Shown here: positions 52,700 to 64,000 of the stretch, one piece after another | Layout of the letters: each line of letters begins with the position of its first letter | Position numbering within the stretch: the first letter of the stretch is position 1 | Assembly (NCBI GenBank): GCA_964016885.1 | Contig: OZ024745.1 | Location: 98,766,001-98,830,000, forward strand | Direction: 5' to 3' | Origin: Eledone cirrhosa | Taxonomy: Eukaryota | DNA length: 64,000 nt | Program-made: the position numbers and the translations under genes | Notes under the pieces: model-generated | Seen by the model: the letters and a program-made list of their open reading frames with translations, nothing else | What the model was told of the DNA's origin: nothing | Databases searched by the model: none

Positions 52700-55600
52700 G
52701 TTTGGCAATTAATACTATAAACATTTGAATTAACATTTATTAACAATATGTTGCAGTCCTAGTGATGTTTTTTACTTTTTAAGAATGTCTTGCTAATGCA
52801 GTTTCATGTGGTATAGGACATGAAGAGTTAATAGATATTAACTGCAGCATGCAGAGAAATGTGATAAAGTGAGAAATAAAAGAAAATCCAATTTAGAATT
52901 TAATGAAAGAGAATAATATCAGGTTAAAAGAAGATGAAATCAAAAGAAATATAAGGTTGTTGTTGCTACTGTTTAGCCCAAGGTCAGCTTGGATCTAGAT
53001 GACTTATGATTTATATTATCTAATGTGGTCTTTTTTTTAAAGATAGTAGGGTGTAACATGAGGGCTACTTTTAGCAGGCCAAGTGACCACCACAGAGTGA
53101 CAGTCATTCATTACAGCAAACATAATACAAGCAAGCCATCTATGTGATTAATCCTTCTACAGCCAAATATTCCTCATGTTGCACTATTATCTTAAATAAG
53201 GAAAGGATATATTCGATAATGTGGTCCTACATGACTCTAAAAAGATGGGGTGATTACAGTTGGAATGCCTCTGATCACAGATCTGTTTGATCTAGGTTGA
53301 CCTGGGGTTAAACAATAACATATTTAATTCAAATTAAAAACAAGGCGTCAAGAAATACCTTATCCCTAAACTGTTATCAACTGTCTACAAGGCACCATTA
53401 CCTCACTATAAAGGACCTTCCTTTGATCTAAATATCTTAGACTAGATTCAAAAGCGAACCATTTTACAGGTTGCTGAACTTGTATTAGAGAAACATGCAA
53501 GGTCCTGTAGGTGCATTTAACCACAAATCTGGTAGTCCGTTTAAACACATGAAGATAGAATAACAAAGAGGAAAGCTCATCAGAACAATTCCATAGTATA
53601 CTGCTAGATGCCACTTACTAACTGTCTCACTCCAAGAGCAACCCTATGACACAATACTTACTCTCCCCACAAATCACATCACTGAATTCCCAGTTTCTCA
53701 TCCAATTATGCCATCTTGGAAAGACAGGTGCACCCCACAATATATTGCAAGACATCACTCTTTACAGCCCACGCTGTAAAGTAGTAGATCTGATGTCACA
53801 ATAAAATGCATCGAGCACATGCTGTAAAGTAGATCTGATGTCACAATAAAATGCACTGAGCCCATGTTGTAAAGTTGTAGTGCTGGTGCCACAATAAAAT
53901 GCACCTAGCTCACACTGTAAAGTGGTAATGCTGATGCAACGAAAAAAAGCATGCAATCCATCCTGTGAGGTGGTAGTGCTGGTGCCATGATAAATTGCAC
54001 CTGGTCCACACTGTGAAGTGATTGGCATTAGGAAGGGCATCTAGCCATAGAAACCATGCCAGAATGGAACATGACAACCCATCTAACACATCCAAGCATG
54101 GGAAATAGATGTAAAAATGTGATGATGATGAGAGTTATGTGCAATTAGAGGATTTTTCATTTTTCACTAAAAGAAATTCAGAACTTTGCTGAATGATTTT
54201 CTTTTGAAATCTCTCTCTATGAGTGTGTCTCACTATGCATGTCTTCACTTTGACACCACTTAAAAGAAAGAGTGCTGTTTGTATATAATCCATAGTATAG
54301 TAGTTCTATGGATGAAAGTCAGTGGAATAAGTAAGATATTTTAACCTTTCTGATACTATATTGCCTCTGTTTCTACAATACAAAACTGTTTATTTGTATC
54401 TATCTAAACCTCCTTCCATCATAATTTTATGAAAGAACCTTTGTTAAGTTATGTTCCAAACACTTCATAAATAATGAAATAGTTAATTATATCACTAAAT
54501 AACTTCAAATTCTTATTTTCAAAATGCTTTGTAAATTATTTTGCAACATCTTTCATTAGGGTTGAAAGAAATGTCATCCAACTCATACTAGAAGGAAACA
54601 AAATTAATGTAAAAACCATGAAGCTGATGACTGGCAAATCATTGTACTATATTTTCTCTCAGTCTTCTCTATTCTATTACTATATTTTCTCTCAGCCATC
54701 TCTATTCTATTACTATAATGACTTGTTCTGCCAAACAGTTATATTCCCTTCTACTGTGTCTGATGTATTTGTCCTGCTTCTCCGATTTTTACCACTTACC
54801 GGCACAGTCAGTCATTACTTTGTGGATTGCAAAACCCACCCAAATATTTCACGACAGTTATTGGAAACTCTTTAAGTTCTATATTAACATCCTAAACTGA
54901 ACTACTATAGAGAGTAACCCAACAGGAAGGAGTTAAGAGAAAAGATAGAAGAATCTTGTCTATTTAGTGGTGGAGGTAGTAGTATATATATGGCAGTATT
55001 TTCATACAAAAGTAATACAATGAGAAAATATGCTTCCATATTTTATTAGTTTTTGATACACAAAATTTGATTATGTTCCAGTTATTGTAATTGTTTAGCC
55101 TCAAGTTAACCTTAGTGAAATAAGCCTATGATCAAAGAACTCTAACCATGACCACTCCATCATATTTTCAAACAACGTTTCTAGAACTATTATCTAAATT
55201 GTGTACTTCCTTTTTTAAGATGGCAGGATGTGGTATGAGTGGAATGTGTATGATTTTTCTAGCAAGTCAAGACACTATATTGAAACTCTCTTAATGGTTT
55301 GACAATTTTAATGTTTTATAAATATATCATTTCAAAATATAAGTTGCTAGGTCTCCTCTATAGGACTGAAGTGGACATAATCTATGAGAAATGGTTTAAA
55401 AAGAGTTTCACTGACTATACATGGGGGGAATCTTCTAAAAGACTCTAACTGAACTTGGTGTTCAGCAAAAGAGTTTTAGTAAGGTAATAGGAAGTGAGAC
55501 GAAACATAGTAGGATGTTTTATGATGGAGGAAAAATGCCGAAGCCATGACCAACATTTAGTAGTTGTAGGATGAAGTTAAGAGGTATAGTATAAAGGATG

Positions 55601-56444
55601 TAGTGGAGAGACAGAGGCCTATTACTAAAATACATGACAGTTTAGGTCACTAGCTATTAATAGTAGTTTACAAATATACTCAATGGAAGATTACTGATTT
55701 TAACAAGGACAGAGTTTTGCAATTTTTAATTGTCGAGTGAAATTGTTGACTGCTTTTTCTAGCAGGTCAAGCTAGTTGAAAATGCTAGTAAAGTTGGATA
55801 GACATCTTTAGTAAGAAACAAGGAAGAGTTATTTGAGAGGAAACTCTCTTTCTAATAAGCTGTATTTTAAAGAATATTTTGAAAATCTAAATGCTGAACT
55901 TTCACAGTTAAAAAACAGTGAACAGAAAGAAGCTAACCAAAATACATGTAAGCTATTCTTGAAATGTATTGTTTAAAAAACTGGGAAACTTCCAAGTTAT
56001 GTCATATGAATGCTCTCTATTCTCTCTTTACCCATGGCAAGTTTCTATGGCTAGATGCCCTTCCTGACACCAACCCATACTTTTCAATATGGTAGCAATT
56101 CATCAACTTGGAGTTTTGGAGGCATATACATATAAACAATGGACCTTCACAGAGTTCCCCTCTACCAAATTCACTCACAAGGTATTGGTCAGAAAATATT
56201 TGCCCCAGGTGCCATGCAGTGGGATCAAACCTGAAACCGCATGTTTTAAAAGTAAACTTCTGAACTACACACCCATGACTACACCTACTGTTGTTTAACA
56301 AAATCAATCAGACTAAACTGATTGATTAACTATTAGGGTATCAGTAAACATTATGATCTAATCTAGTGAGTTCAATGCACATCAGTTATTTTTTGTTTTG
56401 CTTTTGTCTTTCTAGACCAGGAGAAAGATAGCTGATTGTGTTTA

Positions 56445-56629
56445 ACCCTTTTGATACCAAATCACCCTAAACTGCTGCAGGTTCTATGATACAAAACCTT
56501 TTTACATCATAATTCTATATAAGAACCTTTGTGATATTACTAGATGATATCTCCAATTTCTTGATTATTTTCAAAATGATATCAGAATCATAGGCAGTGC
56601 CTTTCATTAATAATATGTTAGCCAAAAGG
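56445..56629. mobile_element. Second piggyBac-type MITE family
   Basis: TTAA CCCTTTTG ... CAAAAGG TTAA; related pieces at about 2520 and 54343. Confidence 0.55.
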
Positions 56630-57523
56630 TTAATGTACAATTTTTTACAGTTTCATTTTTAATGGAAAACAGGCAAAATGAAGATCTTGGGAAGATCTGG
56701 GGAAGAGCTAGTTAAACATTTCACATTAGCAGATGCAATTTTTTAAAATATAACTTTTGTGATAAATTAGATTTGTTAGCCTCACAAAAGTAATTAATAA
56801 ATAAACAATTAACACATCTAATTACTACACAGAACTATAATATATCCCAGTCTAATTACAATACAGAACTGTAATATATCCCAGTCTAATTAGTACACAG
56901 AACTGTAATATATTTCACAGTCAAATATTCATAAAAATTAACCATACCCTGTTTAATTTTCTGATGCATCTAAAGATTTGAAAATTTAATTATCACGATG
57001 CAGATAACTACAATAACAGTTAATAACTAAAAATAATAGTTAAATTATGTAGGTAAAGTATCCCTGAAAAAGGACCAACTATAATTATAGCTATCTACTT
57101 TGTGGTAAATATCTTTTCAAATTTCCCTATTAACCAAATATTTATACTTCTAGCTTCATGCTTAAATCTACGAAAAAAAAAAAAAAAAAAAAAAAAAAGG
57201 TAATTAGTGAACAGGGACCCTTTGGTGTTATGGTTAAACACATTCGCTTGGTATATAAGAGATGCTTGATTTAATTCTCGACAGGTGTCTCTATCTATTT
57301 TTTCTGTCTCCAGAGTTCTTTATTCAATCTATTCAACTATTACTTCGAGTTATCTGCCTTACGGTGACTATCTTTTCCTATTTCAACTTTCCCAATGCAT
57401 TGTAAGGCAACCAATGTTGTTTACACATAGAAATTGTTGGCATACGGTTTGTAAATTTATAAACCTCTGATCTAAGGAAATATACTTCTAAGAACGAAGC
57501 ACAGTTGTTCTGAATAAATTTAC

Positions 57524-57636
57524 CTTTTTTCCTTGGTCACCATCCTCTTCACAGTTGAGAAATTCACGACCTTGGGCCCAGGCAAGCCGCATGCCTTGAA
57601 CAATATTCCCAACATGAACTGCTGAGGGGGTGACAT
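57524..57636 (-). CDS. DIP2: DIP2 exon
   Basis: VTPSAVHVGNIVQGMRLAWAQGREFLNCEEDGDQGKK; AG/GT. Confidence 0.93.
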
Positions 57637-57804
57637 CTGTAAGAGAACCTATTATAATTAATGGGACAACTAAAATATAGGTTATTAGTCAAACAAAAAC
57701 ACATATTAGCAATATTAATTAATTGCTATAAAAAATAAAACAAAAACAAGGGAGAAAAAGAGAAAAAGTTAAGTTAAAGCAACACAAACATATTTATCAA
57801 GGCA

Positions 57805-57895
57805 ACATAAAACATATTGTAACAATGAGCTCTAACATAAAACATATTGTAACAATGAGCTCTAACATAAAACATATTGTAACAATGAGCTCTAA
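57805..57895. repeat. 30-bp tandem triplication
   Basis: aacataaaacatattgtaacaatgagctct x3. Confidence 0.9.
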
Positions 57896-59507
57896 TATAT
57901 GTAAACTATTTTTATGTATTTATTTATTGAGAACATGAGAAACAGAGAGAGGAAGGGAGAGGAGAGAATGAAAGAGAAATTTAACATGAATAGTTTATGC
58001 AAATGAATTTCAAAACTTATTTATTGAGAGTGAGGAGAAAGAGGAGAGAGATACAGAGAAGAGGGAGAGAGATACAGAGAAGAGGGAGAGGAGGAGAGAG
58101 ATACAGAGAAGAGGGAGGGGGGAGTGAGAATGAGAGGGAGATGGGGGAGATAGGTGAGAGAGAAAGAGAGCGATTTAACATGAAAACTGAAAAAATGAAT
58201 TCTATATCATACAAACTTATTTATTCAGATATTTATTGAGAGTGAGAGATAAAAGTATATCTGTGTTTTATTAGAACAGAATGGCTTTGAAAATAAGCTG
58301 TAGGTCTATTGTTGCTTGCTATAATCAGTATTTCAAGTCTAGTTACAGTTATGTGTGATTCTAATTACACTGTTTAGGAGTGAACAGTTATGAAAAGGAC
58401 AGCAACTATCTTGTCTACTTCAAGAATATGTAAATATTCAAAGCTGAGGAGGAGATCATACAGTCATGGAAAAATAAACACACACACACACACATATATA
58501 AGTGCCCAGCCCACCATGTAAGGTGGTCGGGCTGATGACACGGCAAAAAGCACCCAATCCACCCAGTAAGGTGGTCATGTTGGTGACATAACAAAAAATA
58601 TCCAGTCACTCTGTTAAGTGGTCGTTTTGATGCCATGATAAAAAGTACCCAGTCCACACTGTAATATGGTTGGTGTTAGGATGGGCATCCAACCATAGAA
58701 ACCAAGCCAAAATACAGTTCCGTATGAACAAGACTTGGTCTTCTGACCTGACCTGTCCCATAACACAATCACCAATCCAACCATGCAAGCGTGAAAAATG
58801 GACATTGAATAATGATGATATATATATATATATAGTGCTGGTGCCACAGTAAAACACACTCATTCAACTCTGTAAAGTGGCAATGTTGGTGCCATAGAAA
58901 AATGCATCCTCTGCAAGGTGGTAGATGTTAGGTCGTAGAAACCATGCCAATTATGGAATATATCAGGAAGATAAGATCATTCCAACCCATGCCAACATAG
59001 AAAGCAGATGTAAAAACTATGATGATGATACAGATGTGTTAGCATAGAAAACAGGGGTTCTAGGTGTTTTGCACTATGTCTTATTTTTTTTTAATGTTTA
59101 GTCGAGGTGGGAGGGAGCCTGATCTGAATGCTTGTAGCTGAGTGGACTCTGCTAAAGGCAGCCAAGGATGAGGTGAAGATGTTAAGCTGGACAATGAATT
59201 AAGTCTGCCATCCAAATAGGCCACAGCAGTATTTGAACTCAGAAGACAAAGAATGTTCTGACCATGAGGGGGGGGGGGGGCTTGTACTCCTTGTCATTTA
59301 ATACCAAGAGATCATGGATAAGCTAGTTTAATGGGCCCCTGGGTTTGGGACAGACTTTAACTTTTTACTAAATTAATAAGATGTGTATCAGCACCATTGG
59401 TAGTAAAAATTGGGAGAAAACAATGTAATAAATACCACACAAATACTGAAAAAGGCATCCTTATGCTATTAAACGCATGCAAAGACTTTAATGAATTTTA
59501 AGCTCAC

Positions 59508-59640
59508 CTGGATGGTGTTCTCGAGGTTTAGGCAGGTTCGTTACACATGTGTGTGGACACATTAGTACATTGGCAGGATGTAAGCAACCATCCAAAAATT
59601 TGGCCTTCGTCTCATAAAGATGGATGCCACCAAGTGGGGT
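59508..59640 (-). CDS. DIP2: DIP2 exon
   Basis: TPLGGIHLYETKAKFLDGCLHPANVLMCPHTCVTNLPKPREHHP; AG/GTGAG. Confidence 0.96.
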
Positions 59641-60558
59641 CTGCAAGGCAAATTACACATATACATATACATATATATACCATATATAAGATATATATCA
59701 AAACTTTTTTATATTCAAGTAGAAAAGATTGAAAAAGATTTGTCTTAGTAATAAAACTTAGCCCCAAATTTTGATTCACTAATTTGTAAAATTAATGTCT
59801 TAAAAAATATTTAAAAAGACTATTTGAAAGTTATTTGGCAAAAGTTTATTGCCATTTAAACTGTTTATGACTTAGTAAAGCTTTTTTTAAAAAAATGTTT
59901 ACAATTAATTTTATAGGAAAAAGGTGGACACAATATTGTTGAATAGTTAAAAAGTTTGCATCCTGAGTTTTATCCCACTGCATGGTGTCTTAGGCAAAGG
60001 TTGTTTACTATTGCTTTGGGTCAACCTCTTGTGAGTGAAATTAGATAGACAGAAACTGTTTGGAAGCCTAACAGGTGGATTGTAGCAGTAACTGTAAGGT
60101 TCAGCCTAGTTACACAATGTGCAACACTGCATTTCCCTGAGAATTACGTTAAAGATACACATGCCTGTTGAATGCTCATTCATTGGCACGGTAATTCCAC
60201 AAGCAAGCTGTTCCATTGATTGAACAACTAGAACATTCATCACTGAAACTGACGGAGGTCCATTCATTAGGTAAAAGATACAACAGTTCATTAGATATTT
60301 GATCAATTTTGTTTGAAGAGAACTTGGAATAGTGAAGTATCAAAGAGGAGACAATAGAATGTTACACTGCCAACTGTACTATTTGTTAAGCATTAATTAA
60401 CAATAAGTATTTATTAACAACAAATAACGTCAACTAATATTATATATTACAGTTAAATATATGTAAATCTATGAATTTGACATCATAATGATATGTGAGA
60501 TAATGGCTAAAATTAGTGGTGATAATTATTGAAAGTTTATTGAAGTGAAACTGTTTAC

Positions 60559-60657
60559 CTTTGGCAGGTAATTGGGGGGTACTAGAGCTAAACAATACAC
60601 CCCAACTTGGTGGATGCTATCTACAGCCTGTAGAACACGACTCATCCATTGGAAACT
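60559..60657 (-). CDS. DIP2: DIP2 exon
   Basis: SFQWMSRVLQAVDSIHQVGVYCLALVPPNYLPK; AG/GT. Confidence 0.96.
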
Positions 60658-61269
60658 CTGTGAAAACAACAAGAATGAGGAATAGACATTAGAAACACTG
60701 AATAGAAATAACAAAAATTTCCTTTAATAATAACAAACATCATAAACAAACAAGTAGAGGAAATTAATTCAACACTGTGACACATGAACTGAGTAAATTC
60801 ATCATCATTTAATGTCTATTTTCCCTGCTAGCAAGGGTTTGATGGGTTGTCAAAGACCAAGTCAATATTTAGTCGGAACTACTGCCTTCTCAGACAGGTC
60901 GTCAGTCACATCTCTCTTACATACATTCTGACACTCTACTGAGTGTGACAAGTGCCTTTTATTGTGACATCGGCACTGTCTGTCTTTGATATGGTTGGAG
61001 AATCCTTTTGACACTTTATTTAGCAAAGTTTCTATGGCTGGATGCCCTTTCTATCACTAACCAATTTAACAGAGTCTGACCACTTTACATGATAAATTTA
61101 TATTTAATATGGATCTGTAAATCTTAATATTTTAATATTTGCACTTTCTGTTTCCCCTTCATAAAACTTGTTGAAAAACACTATATATAAAAAATTGGTA
61201 ATTCTACTGCGAACATCATCATCAATATTTTATGTTTGCTTTTTGGTTTGTGTTGAATGTGTCATCTTG

Positions 61270-61612
61270 CTCTGAGACCACAAAATCATTAACCATCTTC
61301 CCAACAATCCTAAGCACCTTTTTGAGTTCCATGTGTCTAACACACGTGGGCATGCCTACAAAATAAGAAAGCAGCACAGCTCCCATGACTTTCGGAAACA
61401 TTTTTTCACGCTCAGAGTTGCTGAAGCATGAAACAAACTACCTGCATCAGTTGTTAGCTGTCGAGACACTGCATCCTTTAAAACCTCCATGCTTCCTGAG
61501 ATTTGCCAACACTACACCTGATGTCTGTACATTATTCTATGTACTATACATGCACCTTTGATGAGTTGTAGTGCACCTGAGCACTGTACGCAATAATTTC
61601 ATTATTCATTAT
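61270..61612 (+). mobile_element. CR1-type LINE 3' end
   Basis: TRGHAYKIRKQHSSHDFRKHFFTLRVAEA-NKLPASVV, the CR1 ORF2 C-terminus pattern, then the shared 3' tail. Confidence 0.75.
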
Positions 61613-62489
61613 TTTTAAACAAAGTTTCACAAGATTCTTCAGGTCACTTTCAGTTGTTTAATTATAATTATTTTCATAAAGAATTTCTTACGTAGAGAAT
61701 CAATAGGTAAAATTTAAGGATTGTTCTAGAACAATTTTTATTTCACTGATTAGTCATAAGTGAAGAGTATAAGCCATAAAGCTTTTCAGGGTCCCTGAGA
61801 CTGGTGGGAGACAGGAACTGGGCTTAAATTCTACTAAAGTTATACAAGGGCCAGGCAGCAGTGTTAAACTGGGCTATGGACTAAATTTATCACCTAAGTA
61901 GGCCTAAATGGAATCTGAACGCAGACTGCAAAAAAACAGAACAAACACATCAAGGTATCATCTTCCAATGTTCTAGCAGTTTTGCCAATCTTTAAGGTAA
62001 AATTAACCATATGGGAATTTAAACTCAGAGAGCAGAGTGTCTCAGAACAAAGATCACGAGGCATGGTGCCCCAGTGGCTTTAAAATAAGCTATCATAAAC
62101 CCTCCTCCGCAGAAAAAAAAAAAGTTTTAAATATTATTAAGTTCTAGCAAGGCAGGTGCAAGGGGCACTTAACCCCTGCTGGTGTCATAGGAGCACCTTC
62201 GTTACATGCAGCATATCAAGGGCAGAACCTATCCTGCTTCATGTCAGTACACAATTGATTTCTGTGAGAGAGAGAGAGAATATAAAGGAATAGACTGGTA
62301 CTTTATCGACCTCGAAAGAATAAAAGGCAAAGTCGACCTCTGTGGGATTTGAATTCAGAACGCAGAAAATTGGAACAAATGAAGCAAAGCATTCCATCCA
62401 GTGTTCTAATGACTGTGTCACTTTATTGACTATGTTAAGTGCTAGAAATGAATAAATTGCAGTTAGCAGAATGAAAATGTGTTACTTAC

Positions 62490-62574
62490 TTCTTCTTCTG
62501 AGCAATCAGGTCTTTGTTCAGCAATAATCACAATTCTTTCATCTTTCAGAACATTTATAGAAAAGACCGCAATT
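62490..62574 (-). CDS. DIP2: DIP2 exon
   Basis: IAVFSINVLKDERIVIIAEQRPDCSEEE; AG/GTAAGT. Confidence 0.95.
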
Positions 62575-63597
62575 CTAGAATTAGAGAAAGAAAGATAATT
62601 GAAATGTCTTTTTCCTTTTGTTCTAGTAATGGGTTCATGATTGAGTTAAATACACACACATATATATGTGTGTGTATGGATAACTCAATCATGAGTTATA
62701 CATACATATATACATACATTGAGAAGAAATAAGCCAAACACTGCTAACTATTATTTGCTTTCGTATTTGAAATCACACACACACAATGGCAGCTTTATAA
62801 AAAATATTACAAATAATATAATTTTTTTTTTGTGTTTTCATATAGGTTATTTAGTGTCTGAACAAATATAACTGCTCTGACTAGTTGCTTCTCACACAGG
62901 CACAAGCTATATAAATTACTAAATATATTGGTGAAAAGGTGTAAGGTTCATAAGGTGTAGGCCTGTGTTACTTTTATTTGTAAAGCCTATGTCTTACATG
63001 GCTCATCACACAGGAATGGTAATGTCAACTTCAATGAAATTTGATCTAAAAACAGAGACAGATGAAACTAAATGTTGCAATACATATAATCTAATGTTCT
63101 ATTATTTTGGCTATCTCAACACAGTTCCTACAGCTGGATGCCCTTTGAAACACCACTCTCTTTACAGAGTGTACTGGGTGCATTTTATTGTGACACCAGT
63201 ACTACAGAGGTTGTAATGTGTTTGACACAACTAAAGAGTCCTCTTAATAACAATGAGTATATCATCATTATCATCAACATTTTACACCCATTTTTTCCAT
63301 GCTTGCATGGGTTAGATGGGTCTTTTCTACAACAAAGTCCTTTTGCTTGTTGCATTCTCTTGTCATCACTGTGTGGTTCAGCATTTTAAGATCTGATTTC
63401 ATTACTTCTGTCCAGGTCTTCTACTGCAGCTTCCTTCCAATGGGAACTTGTGCCACATCTTCACACAATAATCCTCATCCATACACATCACATGTGCATA
63501 CCAGCTCAAGCACACTCTCTTGGACACTACATTTGATTCCTCTTATACCCAGTTTTTCTCTCAACCAGTCCATACTTTGCTGTTCAATGTAGAATAT

Positions 63598-63815
63598 TGC
63601 TTTCTAATTTAGGCACAAGACCAGCAAACTTGGGGGACAAGTATGTGTGTTGAAATCAACCTCAATACTTGACAGGTACATTATTTTATCGACCCTAAAA
63701 GAATGACAAGCAAAGTAGACCATAGTAGGATTTGAACTCAGAATGCAAATAACCAGAACAAATATCACAATTGTATTTTATCTGACACTCTTTTAATTCT
63801 GTTGAACCTCCACCC
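63598..63815 (-). mobile_element. tRNA-derived SINE, diverged (another partial copy 62293-62420)
   Basis: Reverse complement of the family at 4711-4930. Confidence 0.65.
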
Positions 63816-63847
63816 TCAATGTAGAATAAATATTAATATACAGTTAC

Positions 63848-63975
63848 CTTCCTCTATATATAAATTTCATTGGTTCAACAGCTAAAACAGTGGCAATAAT
63901 ATCATCTGTATTATGTCTTCGGCCAGATACAGTCATTAAACCTTCTTTACTTCCACATACAAAGACTAACCCCCC
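63848..63975 (-). CDS. DIP2: DIP2 exon (most 5' exon in window; gene continues beyond 64000)
   Basis: GGLVFVCGSKEGLMTVSGRRHNTDDIIATVLAVEPMKFIYRG; AG/GT. Confidence 0.95.
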
Positions 63976-64000
63976 CTGAAAAAGTATAAAGAAAAAATAT

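Noticed and set aside
56948-56969. Possible 22-nt DIP2 micro-exon (ATGCATCAGAAAATTAAACAGG)
   Set aside because: Frameshifting in a phase-0 intron with no compensating partner found

Overview
Eukaryotic, AT-rich, microsatellite- and SINE-dense genomic DNA; the repeat landscape suggests an octopod cephalopod (inference). Two intron-rich genes end in this window, tail to tail. On the + strand are the last 5 exons of an NME8/TXNDC3-like tandem NDK-domain gene (1335-16121), whose terminal exon encodes a ~260-aa [K/R]SPEATS repeat tail. On the - strand are the last 19 coding exons (774 aa) of DIP2 (63975-31248), with all splice phases consistent. Mobile DNA includes a full-length but decayed hAT (Buster/SPIN-type) transposon, a mariner relic, piggyBac-type MITEs, several RTE and CR1 LINE pieces (one with a TSD-bounded 5' inversion), many tRNA-derived SINEs and several minisatellites. 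Best leads: a 71-bp-arm palindrome carrying a Penelope-type minimal hammerhead ribozyme on both strands; a chain of candidate cassette/micro-exons in the 10-kb DIP2 intron that join in frame; and the neurofilament-like KSP tail on the NDK protein with a possible exitron that would remove it.
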